Source of the DNA: Candidatus Ratteibacteria bacterium
Lineage (GTDB): Bacteria > Ratteibacteria > UBA8468 > B48-G9 > JAFGKM01
Direction of reading: 5' to 3'
Length of the DNA stretch: 64,000 bases
Assembly: GCA_046296715.1 (NCBI GenBank)
Contig: JBKBIN010000005.1
Location: 3,621 to 67,620, forward strand
Made by a program: the position numbers and the translations under genes. Shown here piece by piece: positions 7,976 to 17,950 of the stretch; position 1 is the first letter of the stretch, and each line of letters begins with the position of its first letter. Below the pieces are notes generated by a model that was not told the origin of the DNA, did no database searches, and saw nothing but the letters and a program-made list of their open reading frames with translations.

Positions 7976-9709
7976 ATGGAAGGCCGAAATTTAGATTCAG
8001 GTGTTGAAGAAATACTTGAAAAGGTGGATATAGTTGAGATAGTTTCTGATTATTTGAATTTAAAAAAAGCAGGTAAAAATTTCAAAACATTGTGTCCTTT
8101 TCACCCTGAAAAAACACCCTCTTTTTTTGTAAGTCCAGAAAAACAGGTTTTTCATTGCTTTGGTTGCGGAATAGGAGGGAATGCAATAAAGTTCTTAATG
8201 AATATTGAAAAAATATCTTTTTATGAAGCATTAAGATTACTTGCTAAAAGAGTTGGTATTGAAATTTCAAAAAAAGAAGGAGTTAAGGAAAGTGTTGAAA
8301 AAAAGAGGATTTTAAATGCAAATAAATATGCTGCAAATCTCTATAATAAATTTATTTTTTCTCCGTCTGGGAAAATTGCTCTTGAATATTTATATCAGAG
8401 GAATTTAACAGATTCTCATATTAATAACTTTTCAATTGGATTTGCACCTTCAAATAATTTTCTTTTAAGTAAAATTGAAGAAGAAAAATTAAATAAAGAA
8501 GATTTTGTCCTTGCTGCTTTACTTGATGAACAAGGGAAAGAAGACACTTTCAAAAATAGAATAATTTTCCCTATTTATAATATAAAAAATGAAATTATTG
8601 GTTTTGGAGGAAGAGCAATAGATGATCAAGTTATGCCAAAATATTTAAATATAAGAGAAAATATTCTTTTTAATAAAAGCAATTGTCTTTATGGAATAAA
8701 CTGGAGCAAAGAATCTATAAAATTAAAAGGTTTTGTAATTTTAGTAGAAGGATATTTTGATGTTTTAAAAATGCATATAAATGGGATAGAAAATACTGTT
8801 GCACCGATGGGGACTTCTATAACAGAATTACATTTAAATTTGTTGAAAAAAATAACAGATAAAATATTATTACTTTTTGATGGTGATGATGCAGGGATAA
8901 GAGCAGCATTGAGAAATCTTGAAACAATAATTAGAAATGGATTTGAAATCAAAATTTGTATGTTACCTTCTGGTTTTGATCCTGATAAATTTATAGATGA
9001 ATATGGAGTAAAAACAATGTTAAGTTTTATTGAAAAATCACAGGACTTTGTTGATTTTTCAATATCTATAAATTCTCAAATTTATGATATTAAAAATCCA
9101 AAGGGGAAATCAGCAATTATAAAAGAAACACTTAAATTAATATCAAATATTCCAGATGAAATTGAAAGATATGAATTTTTAAAAAAGTTATCAGAAAAAA
9201 TGGAAACAAAAATTGAAGTACTTGAAGATTATATTGAAAAAATAGTTGACGAAAAAAGAGAAGTTGAATATCAGAGTATTTCTAAAACAGAACAAAATTC
9301 TGCTGAAAAATTTTTATTAGAAATAATCTTGAATGATAGAAATTATTTTGAAAAACTTATTAATTATAAAGGACAGATGCCTGAAAAAATTGAAAATTTA
9401 ATATCAATAGGGGAAAAATTAATTGAAAAAAAACTAAAGATAACTCCTTCACTTTTAATTGGAGAATGCAAAGATGAAGAACTTGTAAACCTTATTACAT
9501 CTATTACAATTAAAAATGATAGTGATATTTCAGATGAAAAAAAAGAAAAAATATTCAACGATTGTTTAAAAAAACTTAAAAAGAAGAGATTGTTGGCTGA
9601 AATAGAAAATTATAAGAAGAAAATAAATGAAAAAATAGAAAAAGGGATTGATTATAAGGATGAATTAAAAGAAATGCAAAAATTATTATATCAACTAAAA
9701 AAGGAGTGA
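7976..9709 (+). CDS. dnaG: DNA primase
   Basis: Zinc-ribbon CPFHPEKTPSF..HCFGCG and a TOPRIM region (VEGYFD, DGDDAG). Confidence 0.95.
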   Translation: MEGRNLDSGVEEILEKVDIVEIVSDYLNLKKAGKNFKTLCPFHPEKTPSFFVSPEKQVFHCFGCGIGGNAIKFLMNIEKISFYEALRLLAKRVGIEISKKEGVKESVEKKRILNANKYAANLYNKFIFSPSGKIALEYLYQRNLTDSHINNFSIGFAPSNNFLLSKIEEEKLNKEDFVLAALLDEQGKEDTFKNRIIFPIYNIKNEIIGFGGRAIDDQVMPKYLNIRENILFNKSNCLYGINWSKESIKLKGFVILVEGYFDVLKMHINGIENTVAPMGTSITELHLNLLKKITDKILLLFDGDDAGIRAALRNLETIIRNGFEIKICMLPSGFDPDKFIDEYGVKTMLSFIEKSQDFVDFSISINSQIYDIKNPKGKSAIIKETLKLISNIPDEIERYEFLKKLSEKMETKIEVLEDYIEKIVDEKREVEYQSISKTEQNSAEKFLLEIILNDRNYFEKLINYKGQMPEKIENLISIGEKLIEKKLKITPSLLIGECKDEELVNLITSITIKNDSDISDEKKEKIFNDCLKKLKKKRLLAEIENYKKKINEKIEKGIDYKDELKEMQKLLYQLKKE

Positions 9710-9713
9710 TATT

Positions 9714-10907
9714 ATGGGAAGAAAGAAGAAAACTGCTAAAAATGGTAAAAATTCATCAATTGAAAGCAAAATAAATGAAATAGTTGAACTTGGGAAAAAA
9801 AAGAAGTATCTCTCTTGGGATGATATAAACGAAATTTTGCCTATGGATTTAACTGATGAAGAAGAAATAAATGAACTTTTTGATGAACTTGAATACTATA
9901 ATATTGACATTTATGATGAAGGAGAAGAGGCATTTTTTGGAGAGAAAGAAAAAAAGATTGATACAGAAGAAGCAAGAAATCCTTTAAGAGCATATCTGAA
10001 AGAGGCAGGTACTTATAATCTTTTAACACATGAAGAAGAAATTGAAATAGCAAAAGGGATTGAGGAAGCAAAAAAACAGTTGAGTAGATTGAGCAAACAA
10101 CCAAATCCTTCAAAAAAGCAAATAGAAAAATATGAAAATCAATTGAGAAAATTAAGAGAAAAATTAATAAATTCAAATCTGCGACTTGTTATAAATATTG
10201 CAAAAAGATATAGTAATCCAAAACTTTCTATTCTTGATTTAATTCAGGAAGGGAATATTGGATTGATGAGAGCAGTTGAAAAATTTAAATATAGAACTGG
10301 TTTTAAATTCAGTACATATGCAACATGGTGGATAAGACAAGCGATTACAAGGGCAATTGCAGACCATTCATCTACTATAAGAATTCCTGTTCATATGATA
10401 GAGAAAATAAATAAAGTGAAAAAGATTGAAGCAAAGTTTTCTCAACTTGGAGAAGAAAATGAATTATCAGAAGAAGAAATTGCAAAGGAAATGAACCTTC
10501 CAATAGAAAAAATAAAAAACATAAAAAAATCAATGAGGCCTGATCCAATTTCAATTGATTCTCCTGTAGGAGATGAAGAAAGAACTACTATTGGTGATTT
10601 TATAGAAGATAAGTTTAATCCAAATCCTTTATCACATACAAGACATTCTCTTTTAAAAGAAGAAATAGAAAAAGCACTATCAATTCTTGAACCAAGAGAA
10701 GAAAAGATAATAAGATTAAGATTTGGACTTGATGAAGAAGGTTATCCAAGAACACTTGAAGAAGTAGGACAGGAGTTTAATTTAACAAGAGAAAGGATTA
10801 GACAGATAGAAGCCAAAGCAATACAAAAATTAAAAAATTCAAATAGAGGGAAAAGATTACAATTATTTTATCAAGGAATATTTGATTCAAAATCCATCAT
10901 TAAATGA
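9714..10907 (+). CDS. rpoD: RNA polymerase sigma factor RpoD (sigma-70)
   Basis: Region 2 (LIQEGNIGLMRAVEKF, YATWWIRQAI) and region 4 (TLEEVGQEFNLTRERIRQIE). Confidence 0.95.
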   Translation: MGRKKKTAKNGKNSSIESKINEIVELGKKKKYLSWDDINEILPMDLTDEEEINELFDELEYYNIDIYDEGEEAFFGEKEKKIDTEEARNPLRAYLKEAGTYNLLTHEEEIEIAKGIEEAKKQLSRLSKQPNPSKKQIEKYENQLRKLREKLINSNLRLVINIAKRYSNPKLSILDLIQEGNIGLMRAVEKFKYRTGFKFSTYATWWIRQAITRAIADHSSTIRIPVHMIEKINKVKKIEAKFSQLGEENELSEEEIAKEMNLPIEKIKNIKKSMRPDPISIDSPVGDEERTTIGDFIEDKFNPNPLSHTRHSLLKEEIEKALSILEPREEKIIRLRFGLDEEGYPRTLEEVGQEFNLTRERIRQIEAKAIQKLKNSNRGKRLQLFYQGIFDSKSIIK

Positions 10908-11662
10908 ATTCTATAAAATTTCTTGGAACAGCAGGTGCAAGATTTGTTATGCTTTCTCAATTAAGATCTTCTGGTGGTTTATGGTTTTCAATAAATGGGA
11001 CACAATTTCTTGTTGATCCAGGTCCTGGGACATTAATTAGAGCATTAAAATCAAAACCTAAATTAAATCCTGTTTTACTTGATGCAATTTTTTTATCTCA
11101 CAGACATCTTGACCATTCCTGTGAAATAAATCTTATGATTGAAGCAATGACTGATGGAGGATTTAAAAAGAAAGGAGTAGTTTTTGCCCCTTATGACTGT
11201 TTATACATTGATCCTGTTGTTCTTCTTTATTGTAGGGATTATCTTGAAAGAATTGAAGTTTTAAAGGAAGGCCAAAGATATAATCTTAAAAATTTAATTC
11301 TTGAAATTCCTGGAAAACTTATGCATGGAGTTGAGACTTATGGATTTAAAATTACTGTAAATAATAAACCTGTTTCATATATACCTGATACCTCTTTTTT
11401 CCCTGAGTTAGTTGATTATTATAAAAATAGTGAGATTCTTATCATAAATACTGTTCTTTATGAAAAAAAAGAAAATGTGCAACATTTATGTTTATCAGAA
11501 GCAGAAGAGATAATAAAAAATATAAAACCTAAAAAAGCAATTTTAACCCATTTTGGAATGACAATGTTAAAAAATAAAATATGGGAAAAGAAAGAAGAAA
11601 TTAGCGAAAGAGTTGGAACAGAAGTAATAATTGCAAATGATGGTATGAATTTTGAATTTTAA
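10904..11662 (+). CDS. MBL-fold metallo-hydrolase
   Basis: HRHLDHS motif; 252 aa; ATGA overlap with rpoD. Confidence 0.75.
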   Translation: MNSIKFLGTAGARFVMLSQLRSSGGLWFSINGTQFLVDPGPGTLIRALKSKPKLNPVLLDAIFLSHRHLDHSCEINLMIEAMTDGGFKKKGVVFAPYDCLYIDPVVLLYCRDYLERIEVLKEGQRYNLKNLILEIPGKLMHGVETYGFKITVNNKPVSYIPDTSFFPELVDYYKNSEILIINTVLYEKKENVQHLCLSEAEEIIKNIKPKKAILTHFGMTMLKNKIWEKKEEISERVGTEVIIANDGMNFEF

Positions 11663-12789
11663 ATCCAACCAGTATATTTTGCAAGATATTTACAATACTC
11701 AATAAAATTTCCAAGTGATATATCAGGTGGAACTCCATGGTCACAGGATGGGATATAGCCACCATCTTTAAATAAAAAGGGTATAATTCTGTCCATTTCT
11801 TTCTTCAAAATATCCCCTCCTTTTGCAATCTTCCTTTTATCTATTCCACCAACATAAGCCATATTTTTACCAAATTTTTTTCTGAACTCAACAAGGTCAT
11901 TACCAGCAGCAATCTCAACAGGTATTGTGCAATTTATTCCACTTTCTATCCAAAAAGGGATTATTTCACCGATATAACCATCTGAATCAACCATAATTAT
12001 TTCACATCCACTTTTTTTAAATAAATATGACCATTCACTCCAGCAATCCATTAAATACTTTTTTATCATAAAAGGCGAAATCATACTCTTTTCCTTATAA
12101 GCCATATCTTCATTTATAATCACATAGTCAAATTGAATCTTAGAAACAAGTTTTCTTAAAATATTTAAAACAAAATCTTTCCAGAAATTTACCATTTCAA
12201 GAACAAAGTCCTCTTTTTCTGCCATAAATATACATAAATTTTCAAATCCACACCAGTCCCTTAACTGCCAAAAAGGTCCAGGGAATGATATCCCAAGCAC
12301 CCAATCTCTATCTTTTAAAATTTCGGCTTTTTTATCAATTTCAGGGTCAATCCTTTCAGAAGATTCTGGATTATATCTTTTTTTCATATTTTCCCAATCA
12401 TTTAAATTTTCAACAGGGAATTTATGCCATTTCCTTGTAACAAAATCCTTTGCACATCTTAAATATGTAAAATCATATTTTTCATCAACTTCAACAATTT
12501 CTCCCTTTTGTGTTTGAACAATTAAGTGACCATTTTTCTTTTCTATTATTTTTTCTTCAAAAGGAGGGATTGGAAAAAATGAGTAATGTAGATTTACTTT
12601 TGGCTTTTTTGGTTTTTCTATTTTAACACCAATTTTTTCACATATGTAATCAAACCAGTTAACACTTTCAGGAAGTCCTTCTTTATGCCATCTTTTAAGT
12701 GTTGATTCTCTTGGTCCTCCTGGTGAAAATGGGATTTTATCAACCTTTCTAAATAATAAAGCATTTTTATATCTTTCTCTCTCATTCAT
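11659..12789 (-). CDS. Uroporphyrinogen decarboxylase (URO-D) family protein
   Basis: 376 aa. Overall resemblance to URO-D/MtaA-like TIM-barrel proteins; the call is by similarity impression only. Confidence 0.5.
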   Translation of the reverse strand: MNERERYKNALLFRKVDKIPFSPGGPRESTLKRWHKEGLPESVNWFDYICEKIGVKIEKPKKPKVNLHYSFFPIPPFEEKIIEKKNGHLIVQTQKGEIVEVDEKYDFTYLRCAKDFVTRKWHKFPVENLNDWENMKKRYNPESSERIDPEIDKKAEILKDRDWVLGISFPGPFWQLRDWCGFENLCIFMAEKEDFVLEMVNFWKDFVLNILRKLVSKIQFDYVIINEDMAYKEKSMISPFMIKKYLMDCWSEWSYLFKKSGCEIIMVDSDGYIGEIIPFWIESGINCTIPVEIAAGNDLVEFRKKFGKNMAYVGGIDKRKIAKGGDILKKEMDRIIPFLFKDGGYIPSCDHGVPPDISLGNFIEYCKYLAKYTGWI

Positions 12790-12847
12790 CTTTGTCTCTC
12801 TAAGTATTTCTTTTTAATAAAAAAATTGTATAATAAGAAGTAAAGGG

Positions 12848-13987
12848 ATGCAAGAAAAGTTAAAGTATTTAGGTAATCTTGGAGTATTTGAAGCAAGTGA
12901 TTATTTATTTCAAAAAGAAAGATACACATCTTTTATTTATCCTTCTGTATGTGGAAATAGAATTGTAAAACTTTTTAAAGTTCTACTTACAAATAATTGT
13001 AAATTTAATTGTCTTTATTGTGCTAATAGAAGAGATAGAGATTGCCCAAGATATAGTTTTGATGTTTATGAACTTGCAGAAATTTTTTATTCTATGTGGA
13101 AGAAGAAAATTGTAAGTGGACTTTTTCTTTCTTCAGGAATAGATAAAGATAATAATCAAACTCAAGAAAAAATGATAGATGTTATAAAAGTTTTGAGGGA
13201 AAAATATAATTATAATGATTACATTCATCTTAAAATCTTACCTGGAGTTGATGAATATTTGATAAAAAAAAGTGCAATTTACGCTGATAGGTTATCTTTA
13301 AATCTTGAAGCGATTAACTCTGTATATTTAAAAAGGATATCTAAGGAAAAAAACTTTTCAGAGAACTTATTGAATACACTTAAAAAACTTTCTGATTTAA
13401 ATAAAGAAAAACCTTTAAAAAATGGAATAACAACACAGATTATTATAGGTTGTTCAGAAGAAAGAGATAAGGAAATACTGAGTTTTTCTTATTATCTCTA
13501 TAAAAACTATAATATTTCAAGAATATATTACAGTGGATTTATTCCTGTTTTAAAGACGCCTTTTGAAAATAAAAGACCATGTTCTTTAAAAAGGCAAGTA
13601 AGATTGTATCAAGCAGATATTCTTATAAGAAAATACAAATTTTTACCATCTGAAATTCCTTTTGACAAAAAAGGGAATTTATATTTAAATAAAGAACCGA
13701 AAACTTTATGGGCAGAAAAAAATAAAGAATTTTTCCCCTTAGAAATTAATAAAGCATCATTTTATCAACTAATAAGGATTCCTGGAATTGGGATAAAAAC
13801 TGCAATAAAAATTTTAGAAATTAGAAAAGAAGGAAAAATTAAATCAGAAAATATATTAAGAAAGATAGGAATAAAAATGAAAAAGGCATCACCATATATT
13901 TTAATTGATGGCAAAAAAATAGAAGTAAAAGAAGATGAAGAAAAAGAAAGTGAAATTTATCATACAATTTTTGATGAGGTGATTTGA
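12848..13987 (+). CDS. Radical SAM protein with C-terminal helix-hairpin-helix (putative DNA modification/repair radical SAM family)
   Basis: CKFNCLYC (CX3CX2C) cluster motif. C-terminal LIRIPGIGIKTAIKILEIR is an HhH. Confidence 0.7.
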   Translation: MQEKLKYLGNLGVFEASDYLFQKERYTSFIYPSVCGNRIVKLFKVLLTNNCKFNCLYCANRRDRDCPRYSFDVYELAEIFYSMWKKKIVSGLFLSSGIDKDNNQTQEKMIDVIKVLREKYNYNDYIHLKILPGVDEYLIKKSAIYADRLSLNLEAINSVYLKRISKEKNFSENLLNTLKKLSDLNKEKPLKNGITTQIIIGCSEERDKEILSFSYYLYKNYNISRIYYSGFIPVLKTPFENKRPCSLKRQVRLYQADILIRKYKFLPSEIPFDKKGNLYLNKEPKTLWAEKNKEFFPLEINKASFYQLIRIPGIGIKTAIKILEIRKEGKIKSENILRKIGIKMKKASPYILIDGKKIEVKEDEEKESEIYHTIFDEVI

Positions 13988-13988
13988 A

Positions 13989-14552
13989 ATGGAAAAAAGA
14001 TTTTATACAACTGGACAACTTAGTAAAATTCTTGGAGTAAGTAGGGTTACTGTTTATAAATGGGTAAAGAATAAGAAAATTGAAGGGTTTAGATCGCCTG
14101 GTGGCAGATGGATAATTTCAAAAGAAGTAGTTGAAAGATTGTTTAAAGACAAAAATTTAGAAGAACTTGAAACTGAAAGAGAAATAAAAATTTTAATTGG
14201 TGATGATAATGTTAATATTGTGAATTCATTAAAAGAATTTTTAGAATATAGAAATCCAAATTTTAGAATATTAGGTGCTTATAATGGATTTGAGGTTGGA
14301 AGGTATTTATATAACTTCAAACCAGATATTTTAATTCTTGACATATTTATGCCAGGTATAAGTGGATTTGATATTCTCAATATTATAAAAAAAGATGAGA
14401 AACTGAAAGATATCTCTATTATAGTAATAACAGGTTATTCAGATAAAGAAAACATAAAAAGAGCAAAAGAGAAAGGCGCTGATTATATCTTTATAAAGCC
14501 ATTTGATTATAATGAAATAGAAAAAACAATAAAAAAAATAATTAAGATTTGA
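13989..14552 (+). CDS. Response regulator with N-terminal excisionase/MerR-type HTH and C-terminal receiver
   Basis: YTTGQLSKILGVSRVTVYKWVKNKKI HTH, then a receiver (ILIGDDN ... DILILDIFMPGISGFD ... IKPF). Starts 1 nt after the radical SAM stop. Confidence 0.75.
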   Translation: MEKRFYTTGQLSKILGVSRVTVYKWVKNKKIEGFRSPGGRWIISKEVVERLFKDKNLEELETEREIKILIGDDNVNIVNSLKEFLEYRNPNFRILGAYNGFEVGRYLYNFKPDILILDIFMPGISGFDILNIIKKDEKLKDISIIVITGYSDKENIKRAKEKGADYIFIKPFDYNEIEKTIKKIIKI

Positions 14553-14643
14553 CTTATCTCCTTTACATAAAAAGAATATTTAGGGTAAAATAATAATATG
14601 TTCCCAGAAATTCTTTTTCTAAAAAATCAGAAGGGAGTAAAAA

Positions 14644-15702
14644 ATGAAAGCACTTTTACTTTTAGGTGGCTTTGGCACAAGATTAAGACCATTTACAATA
14701 ACTACACCAAAAGCACTTTTACCACTTGTAAACTATCCTTTCATAGCATATCAGTTTGAATTACTTAGAAAATATAATATAGAAGAAGTTGTTCTTGGAA
14801 TTGGGTATAAAGGTAATGAATTTAAAAAAGCGATTGAGATTGGGAAAAAGATGGGGATTAAGGTCTATTTATCTTATGAAAAAAATCCCCTTGGAACAGG
14901 TGGTGGGATAAAAAATGCTGAAAAATTTTTAAAAGGGAAAGAACCATTTTTTGTATTTAATGGAGATGTTTTGGCAGATTTTAACCTTGAAAAGATTTTG
15001 AATTTTCATAAAGAAAAAAATGCATATATAACTATAGGAATGGTAAAAGTTCCAGATCCTTCATCTTATGGTTTAATTTTAACTGATGACCAGATGAGAA
15101 TATTAAAATTTATTGAAAAACCACAAAGAGAAGAAATTGTTACTGATACAATAAATGCAGGCGTTTATATTTTTCAACCAGAAGTTCTTGAAGAGATCCC
15201 ACAAAATAAAGAAGTTTCTGTTGAAAAGGAAGTTTTCCCAAAGATTCTCCAAGAGGGTAAAGAAATTTATGGATATATTCATTATGGTTACTGGCTTGAT
15301 GTTGGTACAATTGAAAAATTTAAAAAAGGAAATTTTGACTTAATAGATGGAAAAATTGAACTTCTTTATAAAAAATCAGAAGAGAGTTTAGAGAAAAAGG
15401 ATAGTGTTTTAATTGAAAATGAAGTATTTATTGAAGGAAAAGTTGTTGCAGATGAAAATGTTATAATAGGTGAAAATTCAAAATTTAAAGGGAAAGTAAT
15501 TATAGGTAAAAAATCTTTTATTGGTAAAAATTGCTTAATTGAAAATTCAATCATTTTTGAAAATGTTTTTATAGGAGACGAAACTATTATTGAAAACTCT
15601 ATTATTGGAAATTCAGTAGTCATTAAGAATAATTGCGAAATTAGAAATTCAGCACTTTGTGATAATTCTTTTATAAATCAATTTTCTAAAATTTCTAATT
15701 AA
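14644..15702 (+). CDS. NDP-sugar pyrophosphorylase (mannose-1-phosphate guanylyltransferase-like) with C-terminal left-handed beta-helix
   Basis: LLLGGFGTRLRPFT nucleotidyltransferase motif. C-terminal hexapeptide repeats (IGENS.., IGKNC.., IGDET..). Confidence 0.8.
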   Translation: MKALLLLGGFGTRLRPFTITTPKALLPLVNYPFIAYQFELLRKYNIEEVVLGIGYKGNEFKKAIEIGKKMGIKVYLSYEKNPLGTGGGIKNAEKFLKGKEPFFVFNGDVLADFNLEKILNFHKEKNAYITIGMVKVPDPSSYGLILTDDQMRILKFIEKPQREEIVTDTINAGVYIFQPEVLEEIPQNKEVSVEKEVFPKILQEGKEIYGYIHYGYWLDVGTIEKFKKGNFDLIDGKIELLYKKSEESLEKKDSVLIENEVFIEGKVVADENVIIGENSKFKGKVIIGKKSFIGKNCLIENSIIFENVFIGDETIIENSIIGNSVVIKNNCEIRNSALCDNSFINQFSKISN

Positions 15703-15703
15703 A

Positions 15704-17950
15704 ATGGAAATAGTATCAAAAACAAGGTTTTTTAAACCAACTGAATATAGTATATATAAACCAAAAATTTGTTTCATTTCAACATATATTCCAAAACCAT
15801 GCGGAATTGCAACTTTTACAAATGATTTATTAAAACATATAGATAATTATAATATTTTAATACCTTCAAAAGTTATCGCTTTAAATGGAAAGGGAGACTT
15901 TTATAATTATCCTGAAGAAGTTATTAAAACTATTAGTATTGAAGAGATAGAAGATTATAAAGAAGCCAGTAGATTTCTCAATGATTCAGATATTGAAATT
16001 ATTGGGATTCAACATGAATTTGGCATTTTTGGAGGAGAATATGGAGAATATCTTCTTGAATTTCTTAATGAGATAAAAAAACCTTGTGTAACAACTTTTC
16101 ATACAGTTCTTCCAAATCCATCTCAAAAAATGAGGGAAATTGTCAGAAAAATATCAGAAAAGAGTTCATACGTTGTTGTTATGACCAATCTTGGAAGGAC
16201 TTTGCTAAACGATTACTATGGAATCCCAAAAAGAAAGATAGAGTTGATTTATCATGGAGTTCCATTTTTTTATTTAAGACCAACTAATTATTTTAAAGAA
16301 AAATTAAATCTAAATGATAAAACTATCATTTCAACTTTTGGACTTTTGAGTAGAGGAAAAGGTATTGAATATGTGATATATTCACTCCCTAAGATTTTAA
16401 ATGAATTTCCGAATGTAGTATATCTGGTAATAGGTGCTACTCATCCAAATATAGTAAAACAAGAAGGTGAAAGTTATAGAGAATTTTTGATTAAAGAGTG
16501 TGAAAGATTAAATATTGTTGACAATGTAAAATTTATAAATAAATTCTTATCTCTTGAAGAACTACTTGACTATCTTGGAGCAACAGATATTTATATAACT
16601 CCATATTTAAATCCCTCACAGATTACAAGTGGAACTCTATCTTATGCACTTGGTTGTGGGAAAGCATGTATCTCAACTCCTTATCTTTACGCAAAGGATA
16701 TTTTTGAGAATGGTAAAAGAGGTATAATTGTCAATTTCAGAGATCCTGAAAGTATAAGTGATGCAGTTATTTATCTTTTAAAAAATCCAGAAAAAAAGAA
16801 ACAAATTGAAAGAGAAGCATATAAACTTGGACAAAAAATGACATGGGAAAAAGTTGCATGGGAATATTTAACTCTATTTTCAAGAGTAAGTTCAAGTAGA
16901 GGTGAAAGTGCTTCTGTCTATTTTGAAGATAGATTGCTTCCTATAAAACTTACACATCTTGAAACATTAACAGACGATGTTGGTATAATACAACATGCGA
17001 AATTTTCTATGGCTGATAGAAAAACAGGATATACAACAGATGATAATGCAAGAGCGCTTGTTGTTGTAACAAAACATTATAATATGTGCATTGACCAGAA
17101 AAGTTTAAACCTTATAAACATATACCTTAGTTTTATTTATTATATGCAAAAGTCAAACGGAAGATTTCATAATTTACTTGGATACGATAGAAATTTTCTT
17201 GATACAGATGGAGGAGATGATTGTTTTGGAAGATGCATATGGGCAATAGGATATCTTCTTTCAAGTGATTTTGTTTATGAAAATATTAAAGGTGCAGCAA
17301 AACATATTTTTGACTTGGCATTACCTCAAATTGAAAATATAAACTCATTAAGAGGAATAGCAAATTGTCTTATTGGTCTTTATTACTACCTTAAAGTTGA
17401 AAATAATGAAAGAGGGAAAGAAATAGCAAGAAAACTTGCTGAAAGAATGGTTGAAAATTATCAAAATTCAAGAGAAACTAATTGGAAATGGTTTGAAAAT
17501 ATTATAACATATGAAAATGCAAAATTACCATCTGGTTTACTTTATGCTTACGAAATACTAAAGGATAAAAAATATCTTGAAATTGGGATTGAAGCACTTA
17601 ATTTTTTAATTGACTTAACAATTATTGAAAACAGGTTTATTCCTATAGGGAATAATGGATGGTATGTAAAAGGAGGTAAAAGAGCATATTATGATCAGCA
17701 ACCAATTGAAGCAGCATGTATGATAGAAGCATTGAAAATGGCAGAAAAACTTACAAAAGATGAAAAATATGGAAATTTATCTTTGATTGTTTTTGACTGG
17801 TTTCTTGGAAGAAACATTAAAGGAGAGATGATGTATGATCCTGTAACAGGCGGTTGTTACGATGGACTTACAAAATCAGGACCAAATAGAAATCAGGGTG
17901 CAGAATCAACTATTTCTTATTTACTTGCCCGACTTGAAATAGAACAATAA
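15704..17950 (+). CDS. GT4-family glycosyltransferase fused to a ~350-aa C-terminal helical (alpha/alpha-toroid-like) domain
   Basis: 748 aa. The N-terminal half has GT-B/GT4 features (ISTFGLLSRGKGIEY, ITPYLNPSQITSGTLSYALGCGK). The C-terminal half (TTDDNARAL...) resembles six-hairpin glycosidase-like folds; this is inference. Confidence 0.65.
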   Translation: MEIVSKTRFFKPTEYSIYKPKICFISTYIPKPCGIATFTNDLLKHIDNYNILIPSKVIALNGKGDFYNYPEEVIKTISIEEIEDYKEASRFLNDSDIEIIGIQHEFGIFGGEYGEYLLEFLNEIKKPCVTTFHTVLPNPSQKMREIVRKISEKSSYVVVMTNLGRTLLNDYYGIPKRKIELIYHGVPFFYLRPTNYFKEKLNLNDKTIISTFGLLSRGKGIEYVIYSLPKILNEFPNVVYLVIGATHPNIVKQEGESYREFLIKECERLNIVDNVKFINKFLSLEELLDYLGATDIYITPYLNPSQITSGTLSYALGCGKACISTPYLYAKDIFENGKRGIIVNFRDPESISDAVIYLLKNPEKKKQIEREAYKLGQKMTWEKVAWEYLTLFSRVSSSRGESASVYFEDRLLPIKLTHLETLTDDVGIIQHAKFSMADRKTGYTTDDNARALVVVTKHYNMCIDQKSLNLINIYLSFIYYMQKSNGRFHNLLGYDRNFLDTDGGDDCFGRCIWAIGYLLSSDFVYENIKGAAKHIFDLALPQIENINSLRGIANCLIGLYYYLKVENNERGKEIARKLAERMVENYQNSRETNWKWFENIITYENAKLPSGLLYAYEILKDKKYLEIGIEALNFLIDLTIIENRFIPIGNNGWYVKGGKRAYYDQQPIEAACMIEALKMAEKLTKDEKYGNLSLIVFDWFLGRNIKGEMMYDPVTGGCYDGLTKSGPNRNQGAESTISYLLARLEIEQ

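Noticed and set aside
14597-14760. Small ATG ORF starting in the spacer before the pyrophosphorylase gene
   Set aside because: It is out of frame, runs into the well-supported gene, and has no SD. Its translation is implausible.
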